Source: the human T2T-CHM13v2.0 reference genome, Homo sapiens. From it: DNA of 64,000 nucleotides. Positions 49,642 through 64,000 of the stretch are shown piece after piece (positions within the stretch are counted from its first letter, which is position 1; every line of letters starts with the position of its first letter). The DNA is taken from assembly GCF_009914755.1 (NCBI RefSeq), contig NC_060933.1, one strand, 5' to 3'. The position numbers and the translations under genes are program-made. Below the pieces are notes generated by a model. The model was not told the origin of the DNA, searched no databases, and saw nothing but the letters and a program-made list of their open reading frames with translations.

Positions 49642-50980
49642 TCATGGTTTAGCAGTTACATAGAAGAAAGTCTTTATTGTTAGGAGTTATATGCTGAATA
49701 TTTAGGGCTGATGTGTCATAACATCTGCAACTGGCTTCCAAATATTTCAGAATATGTATATATTTTTTTGAAGGAAAGCATTTATACCTTAAAAGATAAA
49801 TACACAGCTAGATGTCCCCCAAAAAGTAAAGCAGCTGTTCAGAAGTACTCATTCCTCAAAAGCTACAATTTCACTATAGAATTTAGTCCACCCACCATGT
49901 GTAAGCGTGAAGGATTGTGAGAGGGCCTTTCAAAGGAAAGATGAGATGGCTCCACCTGGTATGTTGGAATAAGATGCGAGAAAGAGAGAGAGAGAGAAAG
50001 AGAGAGTTGAGGGGTGGGGGAAGATTTTTCTAAAGGAAATACTAAGATTTTCTTCTAATTATCCCGAAATTTTAAAAATAAAAGTTTTCACTTAAACTGA
50101 GAAACTTGAAGATTTCAGTGTGTTCAACTGCAGGTAAGAGCGCTAGACTTTCCTCGAACAGAAACTGGTTACCTGTGAAGCCCTATACAACATGCTGTGA
50201 GCACAGTGCCTACAACACTAAAGGCCAAATGACAGTTCAAGCTGAATCTGGCTCAATTTCCTAGAAAAATGGCACCATCTGCTGGCTGGGCAAAGGCAAA
50301 CTTTATAGACCTGGACTCTGGTAGGTCAAGGAAATCAGTACCATACTGCAAAACTTTCAGGATTTATCTCTGTGATTGGAAAGAAGTCTGAGTACATTCT
50401 ATGGATAGTCATCCCTTAGGCAGAGGAGAGAGATAATCTCTCTCATTTCATCACATTAAAGTCCCATAAGAGTTTCCTGGGATGCTTCTGCTTGTTCTTA
50501 GCAGAGAATGAGAATGTCAACCAGCCTATCAAGGATAATATGACCAAAGTACCCCATCCTTTTACCCTGCCACCTCTTCATCCTCCAGCCCCTGTCACTT
50601 TCTAAGATTCTAATATTTCTGCTCTCAACTCTGTTTTGCTTTTGTAGAAACATCCGATAATATGGTGATCAGTTCAACAGAATGACATATTCACCATGTC
50701 CCCAAGGAGGAGATGACTGAGATTTCAAATTCTCAAGCAGCCTCAATGCAGCCAGAGATTTAAGAGGGCTATGTGTCCAGAAGGAGACTCTGGGCAAACG
50801 CAGAATGGATTCAGATTACTCAAATTCCTGTCAGATTTCTTAACCTGGTGGGCTATACCAAACCCAAAAACTTTAAGCAGCCTCTACTTTTGCTTATTTT
50901 CTCCTAAGCCCAACCTTGGCTTTCTTTTGAATCTCTATGAGCAGAGACATGGCTCCTTAAGAAAGGAGACACTTCAATCC

Positions 50981-51345
50981 TGTTATAGGCTAAACTGTGT
51001 CCCCCAAAAATTTATGCATTGTGGCCCTAACCCCCAGTATTTCCAAATGCCTATATTTGGAGATAGAGCCTTTAAGTTAAATGAGGTCATTAGTGTGGGT
51101 TCTAATCCAATATGACTGATATCTTCATAAGAAGAGGAGATTCGGACCCAGACACACAGAGAGGGAAGACCATGTGAAGACACAGGAAAAAGGGCATCTG
51201 CCAGCTAGGAGAGAGGTCTCAGAAGAAACCAACCCTGCTGCCACTGCGATCTCAGACTTCTAGACCCTAGAATTTTGAGAAAATAAATTTCTGTGATTTA
51301 AGTCTGTGGCACTTTACTTTGGCAACCCCAGCAACCTAATACAAA
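50981..51345 (+). mobile_element. MLT1A/B LTR
   Basis: TGTTATAGGCTAAACTGTGTCCCCCAAAA...AATAAATTTCTGTG...CCTAATACA. Confidence 0.85.
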
Positions 51346-52494
51346 AGTCCATCTTTTAACAGTAGCTGAGAGAGGGAAAGGGAAGTGATGGAAATTGATG
51401 TGAAGAAGAAGCATGTCATGGAAAGAGGGGGCTTTGAAGCTTCTCCCTCCTGCCCAGCCTCCACCCACTATGGCGCATGGTGGGCTTTTGAGGACTCCAT
51501 TAGGTCTTTGACCCACATCAGAGGTCCTCTTTCTTGGAGCTGAAATAAGGTTGAGAAGCTTTGAACTTCCTCTAGCTATTCGAGAATGTAGCCAGCAATT
51601 AACTTGTTTATTGCCCTTTACATACCAATTAGCAAACAACCATTTGTTGCTGAGCAATGTGTAAAGCTCTGAACAAGGAAGAACTTACATTTCTTATAAG
51701 TTAATTACATTTATTTCACCTTTTCCAATTGCAAAAGCAAAACATTTTTATCAATGAAAGCAAAGAAGATATAAAATATAAAGGAAAGATTGTCATCTGT
51801 AATTTCCATCCTTAGACAACTATTATTTACTGTTTTAATCTGTTTTATTTCAGTCATTTTTCTACACATATGTTTAACCAATTAGGTTCATATACATAGT
51901 TTCATATTCTGCTTTTTTCACTTAACATATTGATAAAACAGTTTTCTCATTTTATTAAGTATTATTGTCTTCTCTATCTTCTTGAGACTTGTGTGATACA
52001 GAGAAGTGAGGTCAGCAATAAAGATCCAAGAGGGGGTCCCCAGCCCCATGCAACCACTACCAACAAGCCAGTGAAAGGGCATGGGCTCCATGTCATTGAT
52101 GCAATGCACATTTGCTGACCAGTCCCCTGTTACTGCTATAGCAGCCATTGGCAAGACAGCCTGCTGCAACCAACGTGAGCAGTGATCACAATGACCATGA
52201 CCATGCAAACACAGAGAAACAGTCTCTCTTTGTTCAATTCGCTTGATAGAGGTTTAAATCATTAAACAGTCTCCATATCTCCCTATTTAATTCTCGTGTC
52301 TCATGACCTACTTTGCCTTTAGACTTTCACACTTCTTTAATGCAAATTCACCCTGCTTTGACACCACACTAACATAGAACCAAATTAAACTCTCTTAATA
52401 GCTTTCTTGGTCTCTGGAGAATGCAGGTCTGTTTCTGTCCAGACCCTATACCCCATTTTCTCTGCCACAGGTGGATATAGTTCTTTTTTAAAAA

Positions 52495-52895
52495 TATTTT
52501 TTAATTTCAATAGTTTTGGGGGTACCAGTGGTTTTTGGTTACATAGATGAATTGTATAGTAGTGATGCCTGAGATTTTAGCGCACCTGTCACTCTACCCA
52601 ATATGTAGTACCCAATATGTGGTTTTTTATCTCTTGTGCCCCTCCTATCCTCCCCCTTGTGAGTCTCCATAGTCTGTTAAATCACTCTGTATGCCTTTGC
52701 GTACTAATAACTTAGCTCCCCCTTGTAAGTGAGAGCATATGGTATTTGGTTTTCCTTTTCCGAGGTGCGTCGCTTAGAATAATGGCCTCCAGCTCCCTCC
52801 AGGTTGTCGCAAAAGACATTATTTCATTCTTTTTATGGCTGAGTAGTATTCCCTGGTGCATACATACCACATTTTCTTGATCCACTCATTGGTAG
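52495..52895 (-). mobile_element. L1PB/L1MA 3' end
   Basis: TTTTTATGGCTGAGTAGTATTCC...CCACATTTTCTTGATCCACTCATT. Confidence 0.85.
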
Positions 52896-52919
52896 AAATT
52901 ATTCTTGAAAGGTCTTTCT

Positions 52920-53071
52920 TTTTTTTTTGTCATTTTTTTTTTCCTTTTTGTGGAGAACGGGGTCTCTCTATATTGCCCAGGCAGGTCTCGAACTCCTGGG
53001 CTCAAGCTATCCTCCTGCCTCTGCCTCTCTGAGAGCTGGGATTACAGGCATGAACCACTGCACCTGGCTTG
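52920..53071 (-). pseudogene. BCYRN1: BC200 (BCYRN1) RNA retropseudogene
   Basis: Minus strand reads ...CCCAGCTCTCAG...GGATAGCTTGAGCCCAGGAGTTCGAGACCTGCCTGGGCAATATAG.GAGACCCCGTTCTCCA.AAAAAGGAAAAAAAAAATGACAAAAAAAAAA, BC200-diagnostic positions; 14-bp TSD TGAAAGGTCTTTCT at 52906-52919 and 53072-53085. Symbol is the parent gene. Confidence 0.87.
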
Positions 53072-53182
53072 TGAAAGGTCTTTCTAAGAAATTTTAAGAC
53101 TTGCCTTTCCTTGCCCTTTTCTCCAGTTACCTTGCCTGTACAACACACTTAGATAACACTGAGACCAACACCAACCTCCCCT

Positions 53183-53184
<2 letters not shown>

Positions 53185-53226
<42 letters not shown>
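53185..53226. repeat. (CA)~21 microsatellite
   Basis: Directly visible. Confidence 0.97.
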
Positions 53227-53228
<2 letters not shown>

Positions 53229-53319
53229 TACCCAGCTGGCCTCATCTCCCTTCTGAACTCAAGGGAGCTTTAGGAGTTTCTTCAACCCTACTCCATTTCT
53301 CCACACCTCTTCTTCTCCC

Positions 53320-53520
53320 TTTAGAGCATGCTGTTCTAAGTACTTTACAGTGATTAACTCAGTTAACTCTCACAGAAACCCTTTGAGCTAGGTACCATTA
53401 TCCACATTTTAAAAATAAGAGAACTCAGAGGAGCAGAAGCAAAAATGACTAACACAAGTCCAACCGAAGCCACACAACTAGTAAGTGGGCAAATCAGAAC
53501 GTGGAGTCCACATTCTTGCT
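53320..53520 (-). mobile_element. MIR
   Basis: TAGGTACCATTATCCACATTTT...CACACAACTAGTAAGTGG MIR core. Confidence 0.6.
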
Positions 53521-53538
53521 TTAGAAGCTTGTTGCACT

Positions 53539-53868
<330 letters not shown>

Positions 53869-54000
53869 CTACAATGGTTAACACGTGTTGAGAACTTACT
53901 CTGTGCTAGATATTCTGTAAACAGAATCTCATAACGACCCTATCAGATAGGAACTATTATTAGCTCCATCTTACAGTTGAGAAAACTGAATGTATTATAG

Positions 54001-54387
<387 letters not shown>

Positions 54388-54525
54388 GGTTTTTACATTT
54401 ATTTTTAATATTTATATTTACATACAGTAAAATTTACTTTTTTGGATGTGCAGTTCTATTGCCAAATACAGAGAGGCCTATATCCACAACTACAATCAAG
54501 ATAGAGAATAGAGTGACTCCCTTCC

Positions 54526-55582
<1,057 letters not shown>

Positions 55583-56209
55583 GATGAAGCAACATCATTG
55601 TCTGGGGTAAATACCTGAGATTCATTGTCTCACGTCCACGGAAAACTGGATGTGGACATACAAAGAGTGAGGTGCACAGTGGAAGTTTAACAGGTAAAAG
55701 AAAGAGAAAAGCTCTCTGCAGAGAGAGGGTGCCTGGAGAAATGGGTTGCTGCCTCCACGGTGAAGGGCAGGAGGTTTTATAGATGAGCTTGGGGAGGCGG
55801 TGTTTGATTTACATAGGGCGCAAAAGATTAGTCGGACCAGGTGTGCCGTTTGCATAGCGTGTGAAAATCTGGCCATCCCCACTCTCATCTTTTATTATGC
55901 AGATGGGTTCTCTACCTGGCCGGCACCATGTTGCCTATTCTTTTACTGTACCATGGTGACAAAGAAAAGGGAAGATGAACTCTCCATGTTGAACATACCT
56001 GGCCCTCAGGTAGCCCGTTTGCATTGGCACAGCTGCCGGCATTCCCACCGTCCAAGCTTCTGGCTTGCTTATCCATGTCTGCAGCTCAATTTTTCAGGCT
56101 GCTCTTTGTTAGAAAAGAAATTATTTGGGGGCTGCCTTTTTTTGTTAAAAGGGAAATTCTGCCGAGGAAACTTTTACCTTCACTATCTTCCTGGATAACT
56201 TACTTACTT
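55583..56209 (-). mobile_element. ERV1 solo LTR (LTR9/MER83-like)
   Basis: TTGTCTGGGGTAAATACC...GTTTTATAG (TATA on minus strand)...GCTGCTCTTTGTTAGAAAAGAAAT...GGGAAATTCTGCCGAGG. Confidence 0.75.
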
Positions 56210-56490
56210 TCTTTTTTTTTTGATAGAGTTTCGCTCTTGTCACTTAGGCTGGAGTGCAATGACACAATCTCGGCTTACTGCAACCTCTACCTCCCAGATT
56301 CAAGCAATTCTCCTGCCTCAGTCTCCCAAGTAGGTGCAACTACAGGCACGCGCCACCACGCCCAGCTAATTTTTGTATTTTTAGTAGAGACGTGGTTTCA
56401 CCATGTTGGCCAGGATGGTCTCGATATCTTGACCTCATGATCCACCTGCCAAAATGTTGGGGTTACAGGCGTGAGCCACCGTGCCTGGCC
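56210..56490 (-). mobile_element. Alu (AluS)
   Basis: Antisense Alu, no clear TSD. Confidence 0.92.
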
Positions 56491-56571
56491 TCCTTTTCCT
56501 TCTTAATACGATCTAGTATCTAAAAATAAGAGTACCAAGCCCTAGAAAAGTCTTCAAATAGCCCAGCCTGT

Positions 56572-56868
56572 GGGCTTGGTGGCTCACACCTATAATCCTG
56601 GCAGTTTGGGAGGCCAAGGAGAGTGGATTGCCTGAGCTCAGGAATTCAAGACCAGCCTGGGCAACATGGCAAAACCCCGACTCTACTAAAAATACAAAAA
56701 ATTAGCTGGGCGTGGTGGCAGGTGTTTGTAATCCCAGCTACTCAAGAGGCTGAGGCAGCAGAATGGCTTGAACCCAGAAGGCGGAGGCTGCAGTGAGCCA
56801 AGATTGCACCACTGCACTCCAACCTGGGTGACAGAGTAAGACTCTGCCTCAGAAAAAAAAAAAAAAAA
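56572..56868 (+). mobile_element. Alu (AluS)
   Basis: TSD AGCCCAGCCTGT. Confidence 0.94.
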
Positions 56869-57166
56869 AGCCCAGCCTGTACATCAGACCCTTCTCTACA
56901 TTTTAATGTGATTATTTGTATAGGCTTCTTACTAGTGAACCACCCTGAATGTTTAGAATAAGCTTCTTTGGTCATGGTTTACTTTCTTCCAATGTGCTGT
57001 TACAATCTACTTGCTGGTATTTGACTTAGGATTTTTGCATCAAGAGTTTTAAGCGAGGTTATTCTGAGGTTATTTCTTCCTTGTGCTTTTTTGGTCAGGT
57101 TTTTATATCAGTGTTATGCTAGCCTAATACAAATAATCACGAGGCCTTCTTTCTCTGTGGCATTAG

Positions 57167-58243
<1,077 letters not shown>

Positions 58244-58848
58244 TTATTTTCTTCTCGCTACCCTCACCCCCTTCCTTCTGCTCCTTCCAGGAGTCTCAGC
58301 AAAAGCTTCCTTTTTACAACTTGCCTTTTTAGTACTCTTCTAATTTTACCTGGAAAATGCCATTTATAGTATATTTACCCTCCCTATTTGTATGTGTCAT
58401 ATTGCTGAGTTAGAAAATCACAAAACTTTTCATCAACGTGGTTGTTCCAAGACAATGTTTTGTTGTGGGAGAGGTAGAGGTGGTACTCTGAAGCTATCCT
58501 AAATGTCTATAGGATGTTTCTCAGCAAGCCACATGCATCCTAATTCCCCTCTCTGGTTTTGGGTGGTTCAATATTATAAAGAGAAGCATTGGGGGAGCAA
58601 ATATAAGACCACAAATATTTCATGCAATATCAGTTATGGCTATAGAAGCAAAGGAAACAGAGAACAGAAATAACTCTGTGAGCTAACAGTGTAGGGATGG
58701 TAGGCAAGGGTAATTTCTCAGATGAAATGTCCCTTTAACTATGCTTACAGAGAGGGCCTCAGAGGCAAATCAGGTTATGGCTTTTAAAAACTCACTACTA
58801 TTTTTAGACCATGGCATATTATAAAATAATTTATTTTTGACAATTCTA

Positions 58849-58985
58849 TACAGTCATCCGTTGGTATTTTAGGGGAATTGATTCCAGAACCCTTCCTGGA
58901 TACCAAAATTCCTGATGTTCAAGTCTCTTATATAAAATGGCATAGTATTTATACATAACCTACACACACCCTGTTGTATACTCCA
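58849..58985 (+). mobile_element. MER2/Tigger2-type fragment
   Basis: TACAGTCATCCGTTGGTAT...GATACCAAAAT...CAAGTCTCTTATATAAAATGGCATAGTATTT. Confidence 0.75.
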
Positions 58986-60074
58986 AAGAGGCCCTTTTGA
59001 CATTTTTGTACAATTCTTCTCTAGGGTAATGACCATTAAAAGTTAATTTATTCTAAAGGTTAATGTAAATAAATTTTGAATGTGAATCTATTGTATTTGC
59101 TTCTAAGATCACACAGAGATCTCTTGTTTATGCCCCCCTTTTGTTGGCAGTAAGATCTTTTTTAGATTACAAAAAAAATAAAAAGAAAGAACCTTCAAGC
59201 TCGCCCTAATAAGAAATCTCTTTGCAAAGTCATATCTAAAGTCATAAGTCACTTTAAAACTCAGTCCACCACGGGAACATGCTGAGCTCTGGAACGAGGT
59301 GGTGCCTGCGGTGGCCTGTGTCCCAGAGGCCCCTTCAAGGTGCTGGCCCAGCTCTGCAGCTCATCTGTTGACTCCTGCTCCCTCTGCTGGCCCCGCTGCT
59401 CAGTGGCCATCCCCAAAACAGTATGTGTGTCAGATGTACGATGGGCCTCAGGAGACAGCAAAGACTGGTCCTTTTGGGGAAACTGAGTCCCAGTTGGTGA
59501 TGGGCCTTGCTCAAACTCAGTCAGTGGCAGGGCCAGCACTGCAGCCAGTCTTCCCACTGTTCCCCAGTCCTCACAATTACACAATTACTCATGGCTACTC
59601 AAATATTTTAGAGCTTGGTGGTACTCCTCACCTATGAGCTGCTTTTCCAAAAACAAACACATTTCAAAGTGCATATATTATTAATTTATAATGTACAAAT
59701 AATGGTTGACATTTTGACTGAGTTAACCGAAAGATTTTTTTTAAAGGATTCTGTTACTGATGCTGGTGATACACATAACAAAAATAATGAATCCCAAAAA
59801 CACTGCGCTGAGCAAAACAAGCCAGACATAAAATAGTACATGTGTAAAGTTCCATTTATTCCTTTTACATGAAGGTCCAGAACAGGCAGAACTACCCTAT
59901 GCTGATAGAAATCACCTCACTGATTGCCTGGGACAGGAGGAACTTCCAGTGGGCCCAGGGGAACATTTTAGACTGATGCAAATGTTCTAGATCTTGATTG
60001 TGATGTTGATGGCACAGCCACACACACTTGTCAAAACCCATTGAACATTTGTCAAAACCCATTGAACTATACAT

Positions 60075-60385
60075 TTTATTTTATATTATTTTATTATTTT
60101 TTCTTTTTGAAATAGGGTCTCACTCTAGCCCAGGCTAGAGTACAGTGGCATGATCACAGCTCACTGCAGCCACGATCACCCAGGTTCAAGCAATCCTCCC
60201 ACCTCAGCCTCTTGAGTAGCTGAGACTACAGGCACGCACCACCACATCTGGCTAATTTTTGTATTTTTTGTAGAGATGAGATTTTGTCATATTGCTGAGG
60301 TTGGTCTTGAACTCCTGAGCTCAACTGATTCTCCCACCTCGGCCTCCCAAATTGCTGAGATTACAGGCATGAGCCACCTCACCCA
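60075..60385 (-). mobile_element. Alu (AluJ-like) within an L1ME 3' end (~59740-60450)
   Basis: Antisense Alu; L1 terminus TGTAAATTGTACCTCAATAAAGTT at ~60425-60448. Confidence 0.9.
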
Positions 60386-60550
60386 ACTGAAGTACACATT
60401 TTAAATTAGTGCATTTGTATTTGGTGTAAATTGTACCTCAATAAAGTTGGTTTTAAAAGAAAAAAACTTCTGGGCTAGTCAAATCATAAACTCTAATCAG
60501 TTCTTTCAACCTGAATATACCTGGACCTATTTTTTAAAAGAACAAAAAAA

Positions 60551-60846
<296 letters not shown>

Positions 60847-61339
60847 CCAATAAACAGACATCCTCTTGCTTCAGTATTTGGCCACATGCTTTGATTTCCT
60901 GAAAAAGAATAAAAACCTAGATCCAAAAAGCAGGGTCGGAGGGAAATCATAGTTTCCACATGTTTTCTCATAAGATAATTGAGTGCCAAAGACAACACGC
61001 CAACAGGAGAAATAAAATTATGGCAAGAGCATGATGCTGGGTGGGAGGTCTTTTGAATCCCCAGCCCAGCTCCTCACCAAGGTGTGTGCTCTGGGGTGGA
61101 GGCTCAGCTGCCAGACACAACTGTGACTTGGAGTTTCTGTTCCACCTCAAACTTTCTCTCATGTGACAGTGGCTACACTGCACGGTGACCCCACTTTGAT
61201 TGCCACTCTTCATAAGCCATGCACCACGACTTTCTTTATGGCTCCAGGTCCTATGTGTGTGAATTAGGACTTAGATGGAAGAAAATCCAGTTCTGGATTC
61301 TGGGTTCAAATTTGCTGGTAGAAAAATAGGGATTTGTTT

Positions 61340-61455
61340 ATTTATTTTAGAGACAGGGTCTTGTGTTGCCCAGGGTGAACCCAAACTTCTGGGCTTAATC
61401 GATACTCCCACCTCAACCTCCCAAGTAGCTGGGACTTCAGGCACCTCACCCAGCT
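61340..61455 (-). mobile_element. FLAM monomer
   Basis: GAGACAGGGTCTTGTGTTGCCCAGG...CCCAAGTAGCTGGGAC. Confidence 0.75.
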
Positions 61456-61695
61456 TTGTTACAAACTCTTTAACTCATGTATTCCTTACAGCAACGTTCT
61501 TTGCGAGATACTGTTATCACCCCTATTGTACAGATGAGGAAATTGAGATAGAGAGAAGTTCAGTAGCTTCATCAACATTATAGAAGGGACAAAGCCAGGC
61601 AGCAAACCTAGGCTGTCTGTCCTGATAGCTCATGCTTTTAATCAGCATGTTACAGTGCCTCTCCACACTGCAGAAGAAAATCAAGATGTGGACGC

Positions 61696-62052
61696 TGTTA
61701 TGACCTGAATGTTCCTGTCCTCCCAAAATTCATATGTTGAAATCCTGTCAGTCAAGGTGATGGTAGTAGGGGTGGTTCCTGGGGAGGATGATTAGATTAT
61801 GGGGGTGGAGCCCCCATGAACCAGATTAGTGTTTTTATAAAAGAGGCCCCAGAAAGGCCTTCAGCCCCTTCCACCATGTAGGACAGACAGAAACGATGCT
61901 GTCTAGGAGCCAGAAATCAGGCCCTCGCCAGAGGCTGAATCTGCCAGTGCCTTGATCTTGGACTTCTCAGCCTCCAGAACTGGGAGAAATGAATATCTGT
62001 TGTTTATGGGCTACCCTGTTATAACAAATAATAGCCCAAACAACTAAGACAC
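61696..62052 (+). mobile_element. MLT1A LTR
   Basis: TGTTATGACCTGAATG...CCCAAAATTCATATGTTGAAATCC...CAACTAAGACA. Confidence 0.85.
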
Positions 62053-62062
62053 TTTAAACCCT

Positions 62063-62215
62063 CACTACTCAAAGTGGGGTCCATGGATCAGCAGTCGCAG
62101 CACCAACCAGGAGCTTCTTAAGTATGCAGAGCCTGATCCTCCCTAGACCTACTGGCTTAGAGCTGGCATTTTAACAAGATGGGCAGGTGGTTCACTAAAG
62201 TTGGAGAAGAGCTGC
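62063..62215. mobile_element. MER5A-like fossil
   Basis: CTACTCAAAGTGGGGTCC...GGCATTTTAACAAGAT...CTAAAGTTGGAGAAG. Confidence 0.7.
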
Positions 62216-63357
62216 TCTAAACAAGAAAGTGTTCAGTTTCTCTTGCTTTGTTTTGCTCTGTTTTTGCTTTTCTTTTAGTCCCAGGCTCCTCTGAGAATCT
62301 GATGAAAGTCATGGATCCCGGGCAAAAAATTGTGCACAGGATTTTGAAGAGGAGTTCATAGATTCATGTTCATGAAACCCTATTGTGGAGGATTTGAAGG
62401 TGCTGAGGACCAGTCCTTTATGCTTTCCATGCATTATTACATGTAGTCCTTATAAACCCACTGTCATTAACATGGGAACTTGGAGAGGTTAAGTAGCTTG
62501 CCCTAGTCATAGCTAGGAAGTGCTGACACCAGGGTCAAACTAGACATTCTGCCCTCAGGGCCCAACTATAACGCTTTTCTGCTGAGAGGGGTGACTCAGC
62601 TACAGTGATTCTGGGGAATATCCTGATACGACTTTCCCCTTCTCTGACAAGTTCATCCTCTCCACTACAGTATAGTTCCCATGAAGGAAGCGCCAATGGA
62701 GTGATGAGGTAGGGGCCACTGCCTACAGAGGAAGCTTGGCCGGATGGCAGGTGGATCCTAGCAATCCACGTGATGGTGGGTGTCCTGGGAAGGTCTCCTG
62801 TGTATCTGCCTGACACATTTCCAACCTGTCCAGCCTCAAGCCACGTGCCGATGCATAACTTTCACCTATATCACTCTCCTACTCTCAACCGTGGTTGGCA
62901 AAGAGATTTCCTTTCATGGGCCAACTGATTGATTGGTAGTGGCTGCTTGGTATTCCAATATTAAAGAGACGCCAGTTGAGGACTGTGGTAGATTAGTAAC
63001 ACCTGCCCCCCAGTGGCACAGGATAGCACAGTAGTAGGAACCACCTGGTCCATTAAATCACTGCTTAATTCCCTTGGCTTTCCATTCTTTTATTTAACAC
63101 ACCTGTACTAAGTATGAATTCTGTATACACAGCCAAAGCACTCTTATCCATCCTAACGGAATGACGAACTTAAACTGCCTGACAGAATGAAGTATTACTA
63201 ACAAGCACATACACCTTAAACATTTCATTTTCAATTAAAACACTTACGTACTTACAAATTAACCACTTTTAGAAGAAGGGCTAAGTCCCTTTGCTTCTGG
63301 GCCCACTCTTTTGGAGTTTCCCATAGAATTTTTTCACACCAGACTCAAAATGCACCG

Positions 63358-63680
<323 letters not shown>

Positions 63681-64000
63681 TAAAGATCCTTCCAAAGCAA
63701 TATTGCTGGCAGTATCTTAACAGATTCCCAGTTACTATCGGCTTCCCCACACCTCATCCAAAAGCAAAATTTATGGGAAATTTATATATGTTTCCAAGCA
63801 TTCAACTTAGTTTTCATAGAAATAATCCTTTTCTTTCCCCCTCATAAAGTTACCAAACCACACATTTCATCAAATTATATAATTACGTAACAAGTATAAT
63901 TTGTACAAAGAGATTTGGGCAGAAACACAACTAATTACTGGAGGTATGCTACTCAACCAGCTGCAAAGGGTTTTACGGAGAACTGGAGAGCATTAGTTAC

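Noticed and set aside
62535-62816. 93-aa minus-strand ORF in unique DNA
   Set aside because: Non-ATG start, no family I recognise, and a length expected by chance.

Overview
Primate, very likely human or great-ape, genomic DNA (AluY, full-length SVA, BC200 copy), intergenic or intronic and mostly interspersed repeats: about 35 Alus, L1, L2, MIR, MaLR/ERV LTRs and DNA-transposon fossils. I can support no intact protein-coding gene; the listed ORFs are Alu, SVA or L1 read-throughs or pseudogene pieces. Main points: (1) a 2.1-kb composite insertion (17105-19238) made of an LTR7 R/U5 end, a full-length SVA with its own 15-bp TSD, and an LTR2B-type U3-R cut at its poly(A) site, all inside a second 17-bp TSD. 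It most likely records an SVA that moved with both 5' and 3' transductions and delivered an LTR promoter next to a splice donor. (2) A semi-processed LYPLA2 retrocopy that retains intron sequence. (3) A 3'-amputated EIF3J retrocopy. (4) A BC200 retrocopy. (5) A ~130-bp inverted, microhomology-joined templated insertion near the 5' junction of an L1MA. (6) A 22-bp-arm hairpin and a ~95-bp dispersed duplication. Repeat family calls are by eye from remembered consensus sequences; boundaries are approximate unless a TSD is quoted. I cannot name the locus.
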